DNA of 64,000 nt, from contig JANYBV010000040.1 in the NCBI GenBank assembly GCA_025360605.1, positions 2,193 through 66,192 of the forward strand. The letters are read 5' to 3'. This DNA comes from Alphaproteobacteria bacterium (GTDB lineage: Bacteria; Pseudomonadota; Alphaproteobacteria; Rickettsiales; SXRF01). Under the pieces are notes generated by a model, which saw nothing but the letters and a program-made list of their open reading frames with translations, was not told the DNA's origin and did no database searches. The position numbers and the translations under genes were made by a program. Positions within the stretch are counted from its first letter, which is position 1, and each line of letters starts with the position of its first letter. Shown here piece by piece: positions 10,299-20,536 of this stretch.

Positions 10299-11034
10299 CG
10301 GTCGGTATTGCGTCTAAGGGGGTATATCTTACCCACTCATATTCAGCTGAAGCAGGCGCGGTGTAATTAAACGGTCCAAGCCAGCCATTGACCAATTTTG
10401 ATCCTGACCAGAGAGACATATAAAACCTCTGCGGATGCAGCGGAAGATTTTTGGCCCCCACTTTTGTCTGGAATACCTGTTTGCCATCCACATACCATGT
10501 GATTCGGGTAGGTTCCCAGACGAATTTATAGGTGTGGAATGCAGCAGAGGCATCAAAACCAAGATTGATATTAACACCGCCATAATTTTTATTATTAGCG
10601 AAGTAGTTTACCTGTACCGTTTTAGGGTTCTTTCCGAGAAACTCAAAATCGATTTCATCGTGAACAGGATCGCCGGTGTAAGTAAAGAAGTTGCTATTAA
10701 GGCCAGAGCCCTTCGCGCTACGCATACTTACTTCATACACCCCGAAGGACATTTTTTTCATGCTCTGAACTTCACCACAGCCATAAGGCGCAACTTTGCC
10801 GCCCTTATCCGACAGAGTGATTTTCACCCTCTGCTCGTCTGCCGATATTGCGCTTGCCAGCCACTCGCAGGACTGTATGGGGCCGTTTGTCCATCCGTTG
10901 GAAATATACCAGAGCTTACTATCGAGCTGAGGGTATTTATTAGCAAAGAAAGGTATTGTGGCAGCCTGCGCATACGAAAAGCCGAATGCGGAGAAGGCAC
11001 ACACAATAAAAATCGTTCTGGATATTTTCATCAT
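10276..11034 (-). CDS. secreted GH16 endo-beta-1,3-1,4-glycanase (ExoK-like)
   Basis: Signal peptide MMKISRTIFIVCAFSAFGFSYAQA. Catalytic GH16 motif DEIDFEFLG (ExDxxE). Pattern FHTYKFVWEP..ITWYVDG is typical of lichenase-type GH16. Confidence 0.85.
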   Translation of the reverse strand: MMKISRTIFIVCAFSAFGFSYAQAATIPFFANKYPQLDSKLWYISNGWTNGPIQSCEWLASAISADEQRVKITLSDKGGKVAPYGCGEVQSMKKMSFGVYEVSMRSAKGSGLNSNFFTYTGDPVHDEIDFEFLGKNPKTVQVNYFANNKNYGGVNINLGFDASAAFHTYKFVWEPTRITWYVDGKQVFQTKVGAKNLPLHPQRFYMSLWSGSKLVNGWLGPFNYTAPASAEYEWVRYTPLDAIPTDASGIGR

Positions 11035-11083
11035 AAGATATCTCTCTGATTCTATTTTAGATTACATGTTTATAATATAACAC

Positions 11084-12145
11084 TTATACGACTGCCATAA
11101 AATCTTTGGCGCTTGTCAGACGTCGAATGAGTCTGCGGCCCGGAACTTCAACAGTATGATACACCAATGAGGCCGATATTACACTCGTTAATACAGCGAT
11201 AATGATGACTTCCGGTGAATAAAAATCATAGTCCGGCAAAAGCTGCCGCATGGCATTCTTCGTCAAACTCCATACAAAGGAGTGAATCATATACAAGCTG
11301 TAGGAAATTTCGCCCAGATACGTCGCATAGCTAGTGGCGAGAAGTTTTCCAATTCGATCTTTATCCGATGTTAAGCTTATAATTAATAAGTCAAATATCA
11401 GGTCGTAAATGGCGATATCCTCAATAGGTAAATACAATGAAAATGCAAAAAATACGATTAAAAATAGTCCCGAAAATGGGCTAAATTTTGCGCTAAAACG
11501 ATACTGCCTGTTGAGCTGATACAACGTCGCCCCAAACATAAATTCAGGAACGATATGAAGCAGCGGCGTGGGTTGTACAAGCGTGTGAATAGTAATCACA
11601 CACGCAATGAGCAACAGCCATTCCAGCATGGGTTTAAACCTGAAGAGCGCCATGGCCACCAGCGGATACAGCAAATACATGAACCATTCGGCAGAAATAG
11701 ACCATGCGGGGATATTGGGGGAACCTATGCCAAGCCATGCGTGCAACATCAGAAGATTGGCTGCAGCTGCGCCCCATTGATAGGAGTCGTTATCCGGCGG
11801 TAGTTTTTTGAAAAGCACTATAGCGGTAACATACAGGGCATACATCAGCCCCATGGTAAATACATGCACCGGATACATACGCGCGACACGATAACCTATA
11901 AATTTTATGTAGGCCTGACGACTGAACGACTCTGCAAATTTTAGGCTATAAACATGATGAATGATGTAGCCGCTTAATATGAAAAATAGATCAACTCCCA
12001 TGCTGCCACGCGCAATGAGGGAATTGATGTAATAATTGTGGTTGGGAATACCGGAGTTTCCAAAGTGAAATAACACAACCATGAGTGCCGCCCAGAAGCG
12101 GATACCTGTCAAAGCTGCGAGTGTCGAAGGCTCTTTTGCGCTCAT
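11084..12145 (-). CDS. acyltransferase-3 family membrane protein (ExoH-like O-acyl/succinyl transferase)
   Basis: LTGIRFWAALMVVLFHF and GVDLFFILSGYII motifs, about 10 TM segments. Sits directly upstream of the ExoK-like gene, as in exoH-exoK. Confidence 0.8.
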   Translation of the reverse strand: MSAKEPSTLAALTGIRFWAALMVVLFHFGNSGIPNHNYYINSLIARGSMGVDLFFILSGYIIHHVYSLKFAESFSRQAYIKFIGYRVARMYPVHVFTMGLMYALYVTAIVLFKKLPPDNDSYQWGAAAANLLMLHAWLGIGSPNIPAWSISAEWFMYLLYPLVAMALFRFKPMLEWLLLIACVITIHTLVQPTPLLHIVPEFMFGATLYQLNRQYRFSAKFSPFSGLFLIVFFAFSLYLPIEDIAIYDLIFDLLIISLTSDKDRIGKLLATSYATYLGEISYSLYMIHSFVWSLTKNAMRQLLPDYDFYSPEVIIIAVLTSVISASLVYHTVEVPGRRLIRRLTSAKDFMAVV

Positions 12146-12173
12146 GCGATCGACAACCTATACAAAGGCACCC

Positions 12174-13040
12174 CTACGTGTTGGATGGATGCGATGTGTT
12201 GAATGATTGATCGAGGTATTCAATAAACTTTGTAATTCGCTTGGGCTGCTTTCTCTCCGCGGATTTATTCAATACGGTGCCAATAACATTTGCACCGGAC
12301 AGAACATGGAGTGATTTTTTCAGCTCGGCAATTTTTGTATTGCCGTCATTCACTACCAGTAACGTAGCATCAACATGCGGCAAGAACGCAATAGGATCAT
12401 CCTGCGCGAGGGTAGGAGGCATATCATAAATGATGAAGCGGTCAGGGTAGCGCGAACGCAGCTCCTTAGCTAACGCGGCAATCTTGGGGGAGCCAAGGAC
12501 TTCAGAGGAATTATCAATCTGCTGTCCGGCAGGCAGGATGGTCATGCGTTCAAAGGACGGGCGAAGGAGGCATTGAGAAATCGGCACATCGTGTAAGAAG
12601 TAGTCGGTGATGCCAAATTCCGGCTGGATGCCGAGATATTCGGTGACGTTAGGTTTGCGCAAATCCAGATCAACCAGCAAAACGGTTTGTTTTAAGTCAA
12701 GGGCGATACTAACCGCCAGATTAAGCGCGATGGTCGTTTTCCCGTCACCATAATTGGCGCTGGTAATGCCTAGCGTTTTCATGCCGGACTGATTCATAAT
12801 CTGTAGAATTTTGGTACGCAGAATACGGAAAATATCTGCTTCCTGACTACGGGTGTGATGAGCAATGATGTGATGCTCTTCCAGATAACCTGGCTGGATT
12901 TGGATGGTGTTGCTGACAACAATGTTCTTGGGCTCTTCGCGCGCAGTCTGTGCAGCGATTTCTCGTTGCTCCGACTGATGCTCAAGCTCAATCTTCCTTT
13001 GCTCTCTGGCCTTCTGTAATGCTTTTTCTAATTTATCCAT
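12174..13040 (-). CDS. P-loop ATPase of the BY-kinase / CpsD-ExoP C-terminal type
   Basis: Walker A-like GITSANYGDGKTTIALNLA, Walker A'/B VLLVDLDLRKP and IIYDMPP. Encoded directly after the PCP gene. No C-terminal tyrosine cluster is visible. Confidence 0.75.
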   Translation of the reverse strand: MDKLEKALQKAREQRKIELEHQSEQREIAAQTAREEPKNIVVSNTIQIQPGYLEEHHIIAHHTRSQEADIFRILRTKILQIMNQSGMKTLGITSANYGDGKTTIALNLAVSIALDLKQTVLLVDLDLRKPNVTEYLGIQPEFGITDYFLHDVPISQCLLRPSFERMTILPAGQQIDNSSEVLGSPKIAALAKELRSRYPDRFIIYDMPPTLAQDDPIAFLPHVDATLLVVNDGNTKIAELKKSLHVLSGANVIGTVLNKSAERKQPKRITKFIEYLDQSFNTSHPSNT

Positions 13041-13057
13041 ATGCCTGCTTTATCGCC

Positions 13058-14854
13058 TTACGAAGATTTCCGTTGAGAGAGTTTAGACTGGAATGATTTA
13101 AATGGTGTTACTACGAACCGCATAAAGAGAAACTTTAGCAGGCTGAAAATAGTTTTAATTGCGATGATATAAGGCTTAATGCCAGCGGCTGTTTTTTTCT
13201 CATCCTCAGCCAGAATATGTGGAATCACCACGAGCGGCATGGTGCCGATTACATACGCCAGATGGCTATCGCCGTAGATATTCTGGTTGGTTGCTTCCGT
13301 GACAACAACGGCTCCGACGCCTCCCATGAACGACAGCACAACACCGGCAAGAATCAGCAAGAGATGTTTAGGTTGTGTATCTTCGGGAACGGCGGGAGGG
13401 TTGATCACGGCGAGGCGCTGGCCTTTTCGGCCCAGCTCAAGCTGTTCGGTCATATCAGCGGACATCTTCTTTTCTTTGAGTTCGCGATAACGCAGTTGGC
13501 TGTTTTCATAGTCGCGGGTGAGCTTTGCCATCTCTTGTTCAATTTGCGGATTAGCCGCAATATTACGCTCAAATTTGCTTTGCTGTTCTTCGATAGCTTC
13601 TTTTTGCTTCACAAGCGCCTTATGTTGGGCCTGCGCGGTTTTTAGCTGTGAAGCGAGCTGTATATAGGCTGGGTTATCAGCATCAGCCTTAAGGTCATCA
13701 ATGTCATCAGGATCGGCATCTTTTGCATCAGCGGATTCTTTTGCTTTTCCACCTTTAGAGGCCTTGGTTGCTTCCATTTTTTTCAGCTGCCCCTGAAGCG
13801 CGATTACATCCGGATGGTCAGCACCTTTGGTGGCTTTTGCGGCTTCCAGATTGGTGCGCAAATCGGCAATTTGGGCATCCAGTTGCGGATTCACGTGCTG
13901 AGATCCGATTTGGGCTCTTAGCGCCTGAATTTGCATCCGCGCCTTCACCACGTCAGGATGATCAGGGCCATATTGTGCGGTAAGCGTTGAGTATTGGGTT
14001 TCAAGCGCTTTCAACTGGGTGGCAGGGGTGGTAAGCAACTGTCCGTCGGCAATGACCCTTGAATAGGGTTCTACGATCGCAAGCTGCGCGCGCAGGGCAC
14101 CCTGCGTTCCTTCATTACTGGTAATCTGGCTCGCCAGACTTTGTACGGTAACATTCAAATTTGCTGCAGTTTGCTGGTTAAATATCAGCGATCCGGGGCC
14201 GGATTCACCATTTTTAGCGCGAAACTCTGCAATCGATTTTTCCTGAGCGGCCATTGATCCTTCTAATGCACTGATCTGAGCGGCCAAGAATGCCGAGGTT
14301 TCCTGAGCCTGCATGCGGCGCATCTTAAGGTCTTCGTCCAGAAAGCGGGTGACGAGTTCATCCGTTACTTTCTGAGCGGTGATAGGATCTTTATAATCAT
14401 AACTTACTTCAAAGGCGATGGCAGAAAGCTGTTCTGCGGTTTGCTTCGATGCGGCAGCAGGATTGGAAATATTGCCGCTGATGAATTCAACTTTAACTTT
14501 TTTACGCATCTTGCTCGTAAGAATCGCGATTGGAGTATTTTCTACTTCGTTCGGATAGAGCGAGAATTTATTGATAATCTGTGACAGTGACTCAACCGAG
14601 GTTACTTTCTGCTGAATCTGGTTAATACGCTGATCTGCCAACTGTTCAATCGCTTCATTGGGATTGGAAATAGGATTGGTTACGTTGGTTGAAACAAATG
14701 ATTGCTCAATCTGCACTGTGGCGGTCGAGCGGTAGTTCGACCAGCTCATGACGAAGACCATGGCAAAAAAGAACAAAAGAGAGGTCGTAATAAAAAATAT
14801 TTTTTTACGCCGGTCAAAGATCGCAATAATGTCTCTTAGCGTGAGTTCTTCCAT
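13058..14854 (-). CDS. polysaccharide co-polymerase / chain-length determinant (Wzz-GumC-ExoP N-terminal type)
   Basis: 598 aa. N-terminal TM segment (IFFITTSLLFFFAMVFVMSW), a long coiled-coil periplasmic region, and a second TM segment (LLLILAGVVLSFMGGVGAVVV). Followed by the separate kinase-like ATPase. Confidence 0.75.
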   Translation of the reverse strand: MEELTLRDIIAIFDRRKKIFFITTSLLFFFAMVFVMSWSNYRSTATVQIEQSFVSTNVTNPISNPNEAIEQLADQRINQIQQKVTSVESLSQIINKFSLYPNEVENTPIAILTSKMRKKVKVEFISGNISNPAAASKQTAEQLSAIAFEVSYDYKDPITAQKVTDELVTRFLDEDLKMRRMQAQETSAFLAAQISALEGSMAAQEKSIAEFRAKNGESGPGSLIFNQQTAANLNVTVQSLASQITSNEGTQGALRAQLAIVEPYSRVIADGQLLTTPATQLKALETQYSTLTAQYGPDHPDVVKARMQIQALRAQIGSQHVNPQLDAQIADLRTNLEAAKATKGADHPDVIALQGQLKKMEATKASKGGKAKESADAKDADPDDIDDLKADADNPAYIQLASQLKTAQAQHKALVKQKEAIEEQQSKFERNIAANPQIEQEMAKLTRDYENSQLRYRELKEKKMSADMTEQLELGRKGQRLAVINPPAVPEDTQPKHLLLILAGVVLSFMGGVGAVVVTEATNQNIYGDSHLAYVIGTMPLVVIPHILAEDEKKTAAGIKPYIIAIKTIFSLLKFLFMRFVVTPFKSFQSKLSQRKSS

Positions 14855-14910
14855 GACTTATTCTCCCTGCGAGACAATGCGATTGAGTGGAAAAGGGAAC
14901 GATGAACGCA

Positions 14911-16128
14911 TCAGAGTCCCTTTTCGAGCGGATGATAGCTAAGTCCTACTAAAAACATATGCTCTTTAATGGCTCCGCTGGTGTTTGTAAGCGTTTGATT
15001 ATTATACTGATAATTCGTGTTAATATCCAGATTGGTAAGGAACCTGTACTGGATACCGGCAGAACCGGAAATTTCCCTGTCGAGATTCACGCCTGTTTTT
15101 TGGAGATAGTCAGCATAACGGTAAGAGGCCATGCCGGTTAGAGCTAGCTTATCATTGAGAGAGTGGGTTTCATTCGCCTTAAACGTAGTGAAAAGCGCTG
15201 AACTGCCGTTACCAAAAGGCTGCTGCGATCTTGACGTGTATAATACCAGATTGTCCTGTTGTTCTTTAAAGGCCAGATTTCCGGAAAATACATAGTTGAT
15301 TTGTGACTTGTCACTTGCGGTGTTGTTGCTCTGCGTGGAGTATTCCGCACCCGCCGACACCTTCGCCGTTATTTTAGGAGAAATAATGCGCGTCCAGCCC
15401 AGCGACGGGCCATATGAATCAGTGGTGTTCGCGGTTCCGCTTTTCGATTTATAGCGCTCACCCTTAATGGTCAGCATGCCGGTATTGATGGCATCAAAAC
15501 TATAGGAATACGATGGGGAAAATTGATAAAAATCATAATCAGTGAACGCCACATTGTCATAGGTGGACTGGGCAATATAGCCGGCAAGCCTGATTTTTTG
15601 GCCTAACGTAGGTGTGAAATTAATTTCAGGCGATGCTGACAATCCCAAATGCCGAACACTTGGAATGCTGATACCATAGTTCGTTATTTCGCTTGTTCTG
15701 GTTGTGTCGTAATCGAGCGTTCCACCCAATCCCGCAGACCAGCGCTCATTTTTGGTAAATAAGTTCGCTTTTTCGTGGAAATCGGTGGAATTAAACTTGT
15801 TATCGTCAAACAGCCCCTGATCTACCTCAGACATGGCAGAGAATTGCGAGGTGGGTGTATTATCATTCAACGTAAGGTTTACGGTTGAATTGCTGCCTGA
15901 AATCGAGATGTTGTTGTGAATCTGCCTTAATGGGTTCGAATCATAAAGCCAGTTTTCAGATGCCTGCAACTGTACATTCACAGCCGGAGGGGGATCCGGC
16001 AACGCCTGCGCATACAGCGAATCAGGCACCGGCACACTTGCCAAAAGAGCTAAGCATACCGTGAGTGCCTGTTCCCTGTATTTCGTCTGATATCTTGACC
16101 GGTACACCGGCAAGAGTGAGATCGACAT
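14911..16128 (-). CDS. putative outer-membrane beta-barrel protein paired with the OPX exporter
   Basis: About 405 aa with a signal-like N-terminus ending ...SLYAQA. Alternating hydrophobic beta-strand pattern rich in Y/S/T/N/G throughout. ATG at 16128; TTG at 16140 is possible. Located between the OPX and PCP genes. Confidence 0.5.
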   Translation of the reverse strand: MSISLLPVYRSRYQTKYREQALTVCLALLASVPVPDSLYAQALPDPPPAVNVQLQASENWLYDSNPLRQIHNNISISGSNSTVNLTLNDNTPTSQFSAMSEVDQGLFDDNKFNSTDFHEKANLFTKNERWSAGLGGTLDYDTTRTSEITNYGISIPSVRHLGLSASPEINFTPTLGQKIRLAGYIAQSTYDNVAFTDYDFYQFSPSYSYSFDAINTGMLTIKGERYKSKSGTANTTDSYGPSLGWTRIISPKITAKVSAGAEYSTQSNNTASDKSQINYVFSGNLAFKEQQDNLVLYTSRSQQPFGNGSSALFTTFKANETHSLNDKLALTGMASYRYADYLQKTGVNLDREISGSAGIQYRFLTNLDINTNYQYNNQTLTNTSGAIKEHMFLVGLSYHPLEKGL

Positions 16129-16140
16129 ACTGGTTTTCAA

Positions 16141-16959
16141 TTAAAAGAGGCTAGCGGTTGGAACGACAATGACATCACCAGGATTCAGAACAAAGTTCTT
16201 TTCCAGATTGTCACCTGAAACAATATCATCATAAGGGAATTCAATGGAGGTTTGTTTGCCATCCACGGTCCTCAGGACAATAATTCTGCCTTCGCTGGCG
16301 TAAGGTGTCAAACCACCGGCCTGACTCAGCGCCTGCATGACGGTCAGCTTGTGACCCATGATGATTTCACCTGGTTTCTGTACTTGGCCGATAACACTGA
16401 CCGTATGGCCCAGCGTTGCTTTTACCAACACGGCTACCGATGCGCCTGGGATCAGGGAGTGCAGCTTAGCTTTGATGGTTGATTGCAACTGTGCAGGGGT
16501 AAGGCCTTGCGCGTTAAAGGAACCGATCAGCGGGAAATCGATGGTGCCGTCTGGAAGAACAATTACTTCACGGTCGAGGTTTTCTTCTCTCCACACGGTG
16601 ATCTGTAATACGTCACCGGCGCGAACAGTGTAGTCAGAATCGCTGGCGGGTACCAGAGGTTCAACAGCAGCCACTTCTTTAGGCGTAACAACAGCTACTT
16701 CTTTTGGCTCAGATGGCGCTGCAACCTTGTCAGCGACTGGCTGAAGAGCTGGCGCCTTAGCGTGTTTTTTATTTTTTTCTGCTAATGGAGCTGCTTCAAC
16801 AGAGTCTGTCAAAGCGGATTCAACCGCTTTATCTTTTTTTGTTGCAGTTGCTGCATCAGTACCTACAATTTCAACAGGTGTTGAAGGAGCAGCAGAAGCG
16901 TTTACAGGAAACAACAAGAGAACGGGTAAGCAGCCTACTAAGCTTAAAACTTTATTCAT
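16141..16959 (-). CDS. polysaccharide export protein, short OPX (Wza/ExoF family)
   Basis: Signal peptide. Poly_export-type motif YTVRAGDVLQITVW...LPDGTIDFPLIG and an SLBB-like segment GDVIVVP. Only 272 aa, so it lacks the C-terminal OM-spanning helix region of Wza. Confidence 0.8.
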   Translation of the reverse strand: MNKVLSLVGCLPVLLLFPVNASAAPSTPVEIVGTDAATATKKDKAVESALTDSVEAAPLAEKNKKHAKAPALQPVADKVAAPSEPKEVAVVTPKEVAAVEPLVPASDSDYTVRAGDVLQITVWREENLDREVIVLPDGTIDFPLIGSFNAQGLTPAQLQSTIKAKLHSLIPGASVAVLVKATLGHTVSVIGQVQKPGEIIMGHKLTVMQALSQAGGLTPYASEGRIIVLRTVDGKQTSIEFPYDDIVSGDNLEKNFVLNPGDVIVVPTASLF

Positions 16960-17395
16960 GAGATCCTCAGCGATGTATAGTAGCGTTAAAAAATTACGCG
17001 TACTGTATAGCTAACAAATCCAGTAATGCAAAGACTTAATTGCTATAATCAACAGAATACAACCCATTAGAAAAGACTTGATTCACGTCCAATAGCTTAG
17101 GCTCAGATTACGTGGGAGGGGAGCATAGTTCAATTTAGCGTCCCAAATAAGTGGAAATTAAGGCATCACCATTTAATATGTTGTATTATATAAATAGTTT
17201 ATAGCGTTAATTTTTTAATATTATTTGCTTCTGTTGTGAAAATAGTCTATACGGGTGTGCTTTTGCGTGGAATGTTGCAGAATTTGGCTATTTTTATTTA
17301 AAAACAATAAATTATACAAAAACTAATTTTTTACTGTTGGTTGGTACAATTACGGCGAAACCCTGAGATTTTATCGGGAGCCGAAAGGGACAAAG

Positions 17396-18313
17396 ATGTA
17401 CGAGAGTTTTTTTGGCTTGTCAGCAAAGCCTTTTTCGCTTTTGCCGGATGCCAATTTCTTATTTTTTAGCAAACGCCACAAACGTGTTGTCAATCTCCTC
17501 GAGTACGGAACCATAACCCAGTCTGGATTTATGGTGATTACAGGAGAAGTGGGCGCTGGAAAAACAACGATTATCCGTCACTTCCTGAAAAATCTTGAAT
17601 CTACCGTAAGCGTTGGTGTTATTACGAATCCGAGCAAAACGATTGGCTCGCTGCTGGGCTGGATTGCGACCGCATTTGAAATTGAAGTTCCTGATAACGA
17701 CGAAGTCAAAATCTATAACGCTTTTATTGAGTTTCTGCTGACACAATATGCCAAGGGCAGGCGTACCGTACTAATTATCGACGAAGCGCAGAACATGACG
17801 GTGCAGATGCTGGAAGATTTGCGTATGCTCTCTAATGTTAATAACGAGCGCGACCAGCTGTTACAGATTATTCTGGTGGGGCAGCCTGAACTGCTGATCA
17901 CCCTGAAGAGAGAAGACCTGCGGCAGTTTGTTCAGCGTATATCGGTGCATTGCCATTTAACATCATTAACGGCAATTGAAACAGCTGCTTATGTGCGTCA
18001 CCGACTCAGCGTGGTGGGTGGAAAACCGGAGATATTTGATGATGTTGCGTGTGCTGCTGTCCATCATTTTACGTTCGGCGTGCCCCGCCTTATTAACTTA
18101 TTGTGCGACCATGCGCTGATGTACGCGTTTGCAGAGGATGAAACTATTGTAAGTTTCAGTACTATTCTTGAGGTGGTCTCGGATCGTAATAATTCTGGAC
18201 TAAGTGCGTTTCGTGCATTACCAGAAGGTCAGGCAGATGATCAGGTTTTGAAAGACCTTGAACCCATCCTAAATGAAATACGAAAGTCTCCTAGTAAAGA
18301 AGCAAAAGCATGA
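17396..18313 (+). CDS. ExeA-like AAA ATPase associated with EPS loci
   Basis: Walker A GEVGAGKTT and Walker B VLIIDEAQN. The N-terminus MYESFFGL..PF is typical of ExeA/GspA-type ATPases. Divergent from the export operon. Confidence 0.75.
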   Translation: MYESFFGLSAKPFSLLPDANFLFFSKRHKRVVNLLEYGTITQSGFMVITGEVGAGKTTIIRHFLKNLESTVSVGVITNPSKTIGSLLGWIATAFEIEVPDNDEVKIYNAFIEFLLTQYAKGRRTVLIIDEAQNMTVQMLEDLRMLSNVNNERDQLLQIILVGQPELLITLKREDLRQFVQRISVHCHLTSLTAIETAAYVRHRLSVVGGKPEIFDDVACAAVHHFTFGVPRLINLLCDHALMYAFAEDETIVSFSTILEVVSDRNNSGLSAFRALPEGQADDQVLKDLEPILNEIRKSPSKEAKA

Positions 18314-18693
18314 GAATTGTATCCATTTTTATACTATCATTGCTGGCTTTCAGCGCTACCGCGCCGGTGGCGTTTGCTGACACGGATTATCAGTGCCTTA
18401 ATGAATGTACCTCTAACAGTTCCGGTAGTGGCAGTAAAATTACACCGGCAGTATGCCTGAAATCATGCACTTATGCGCCGTCCGGCACGTCTAAGGCCCG
18501 TACCAAATTAAAGAAAAAAGCCGCCCGTAATCCGTATAACCAGTTTTCCGATCAATATGTGGGGGATGGTATTTTTCTGTCGGATAGCCATAAAGAGCGC
18601 CAGCTTCCTGAAAAAAATTACCAGTGCCTCAATTCCTGCTTACAAGGCGGGCTACAGTACGGATATTGTCAGGAGCACTGCACCCCCCATTAA
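18310..18693 (+). CDS. small secreted cysteine-rich protein (internal duplication)
   Basis: ATGA overlap with the ATPase gene. Signal peptide ending AFA. Two YQCLN-x-C...C...C modules with 8 Cys in total. No family recognised. Confidence 0.5.
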   Translation: MRIVSIFILSLLAFSATAPVAFADTDYQCLNECTSNSSGSGSKITPAVCLKSCTYAPSGTSKARTKLKKKAARNPYNQFSDQYVGDGIFLSDSHKERQLPEKNYQCLNSCLQGGLQYGYCQEHCTPH

Positions 18694-18913
18694 CAATTTC
18701 AATGAGTTAATGCGGCGCGAAGATTCCCTCCTTGCGACAATTATTAATATAATTTAACTATTTAGCAAATATAGTACCATTGCAGGCACTTATCCTCACA
18801 AATTAGTCTGGTCTTTTTGGTTAAAATAGTGTATATCCTTGCACCGAGTAAGGAATATTAACGATTTGGTAACTATTTCCCAAATCCAATCCGTACACAA
18901 TGGAGAGCAATGA

Positions 18914-20476
18914 ATGGTATCTCGTAATAATTCGATTTCTTCAGGACAAAATAATAAAAAAAACCAGACCATTAAGGTCGGTACTCCTGCGAATGACGTG
19001 AATAATGCCGCAGTACAGCTTTATGTTGAAAACAACACTCCAAACGCCAGCTGGATTTTAGGATTAAATAAAAAAAGAAAAAAAATCAATAGCTTGTTGC
19101 AGTTTTATGCCGTTACGGATGCGCTGGCTATTATCGTTGGGTATTTTATGGCATGGAGCATGTTGGCCATTGTTGCTCTGCCTGACTTACAGCAAACGGG
19201 TATCCTCACCTTTTATGAAATGAATCAATTCAGGGTTGGTAGCTATATCGCCGTGGCTCTTGGTTGTTTGCTCTGGTTCCAGTATAAAGGTCATTACCGC
19301 GTGCGGATGAACTTCTGGCTCGATTTACGCAATGTCATCAGCACCTTTGCCGTGGGCATGATGCTGAACTGCTTCCTTCAGGTATCTATTAAAAATGACC
19401 TGTCCCGACTCTGGCTGGTATTTGCATGGGTTTTTGCCGCATTCAACGTGGTGTTATTCCGTGGTATGTTCAGGCGCTACCTCCGTAATAACGGCGCGTG
19501 GAACGTACCTACGCTTCTGGTCGGCAGTGGTAAAACCGCCGAGGAAACGAAAATAGCGTTGCAGGCGGAAGTCAGCCTTGGTTATGTCATTACCGCCCAG
19601 ATAGACAATCTGCCGCTTGCGTTTATGCAGTCGGGCCGTTCATGGGAAAAGCTGTGTGATTCTCTCAATGTTGAATATGTGGTGATCGCCTTGGATGGCA
19701 AGGAAATGGATGAGGCAGAAAAGCCTATCGCGCAACTGATGCGTGAAAATATACCATTCTCCATTTCACCACCGCGCCGTAACCTTCCGGTTCTGGACAT
19801 GGTGCCGCAGTATTTCTTTAATTCGGATGTGAAGCTCCTGACCCATAACAGTGGCCTTGAGCAACCAATGCCGCGCATTGTAAAACGTACCTTTGATATT
19901 ATCGTGTCGGGTATTGCACTGGTTGTCATCAGTCCGGTGATGTTTTGCATCGCCATGCTGGTAAAGCGCGATGGCGGGTCGGTATTCTTTGGCCACAAAC
20001 GTATCGGTAAAAACGGCACGACATTCTCCTGCCTTAAGTTCCGCTCGATGATTGCCAATTCTCAGGCCGTTCTGGAGAAGCACCTTGCTGAAAATCCCGA
20101 GGCGAGGGCGGAATGGGCGGCGACACAGAAGCTGAAAAATGATCCGCGTGTGACCAAATTCGGCAATTTCCTGCGCGCCAGCAGCCTTGACGAATTACCA
20201 CAATTACTGAATGTATTACGCGGCGAGATGAGCCTTGTCGGCCCGCGTCCTATCGTTCAGGACGAAGTATCCAAATATGATTACGATATCGCGCATTACT
20301 ACCGCGTAAGCCCTGGTATCACCGGCTTATGGCAGGTGAGTGGACAAAACGATGTCAGCTATGCACAGCGTGTGAAAATGGATAGCTGGTATGTGCGTAA
20401 CTGGTCGCTATGGCATGATATCGCAATTTTATGTAAAACCATTCCCGCGTTGCTCAAACGTCAGGGTGCGTATTAA
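18914..20476 (+). CDS. polyprenyl-phosphate glycosyl-1-phosphate transferase (WbaP/EpsB/ExoY family, long form)
   Basis: N-terminal TM bundle and a C-terminal bacterial sugar transferase domain: [10 protein letters not shown]..., [41 protein letters not shown]. Confidence 0.85.
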   Translation: MVSRNNSISSGQNNKKNQTIKVGTPANDVNNAAVQLYVENNTPNASWILGLNKKRKKINSLLQFYAVTDALAIIVGYFMAWSMLAIVALPDLQQTGILTFYEMNQFRVGSYIAVALGCLLWFQYKGHYRVRMNFWLDLRNVISTFAVGMMLNCFLQVSIKNDLSRLWLVFAWVFAAFNVVLFRGMFRRYLRNNGAWNVPTLLVGSGKTAEETKIALQAEVSLGYVITAQIDNLPLAFMQSGRSWEKLCDSLNVEYVVIALDGKEMDEAEKPIAQLMRENIPFSISPPRRNLPVLDMVPQYFFNSDVKLLTHNSGLEQPMPRIVKRTFDIIVSGIALVVISPVMFCIAMLVKRDGGSVFFGHKRIGKNGTTFSCLKFRSMIANSQAVLEKHLAENPEARAEWAATQKLKNDPRVTKFGNFLRASSLDELPQLLNVLRGEMSLVGPRPIVQDEVSKYDYDIAHYYRVSPGITGLWQVSGQNDVSYAQRVKMDSWYVRNWSLWHDIAILCKTIPALLKRQGAY

Positions 20477-20536
20477 TTTGCCGCGTGGCACATAGCCATT
20501 GCACAGGTTGCAGGTAGCAGAAGAAAGGCCATTCTC

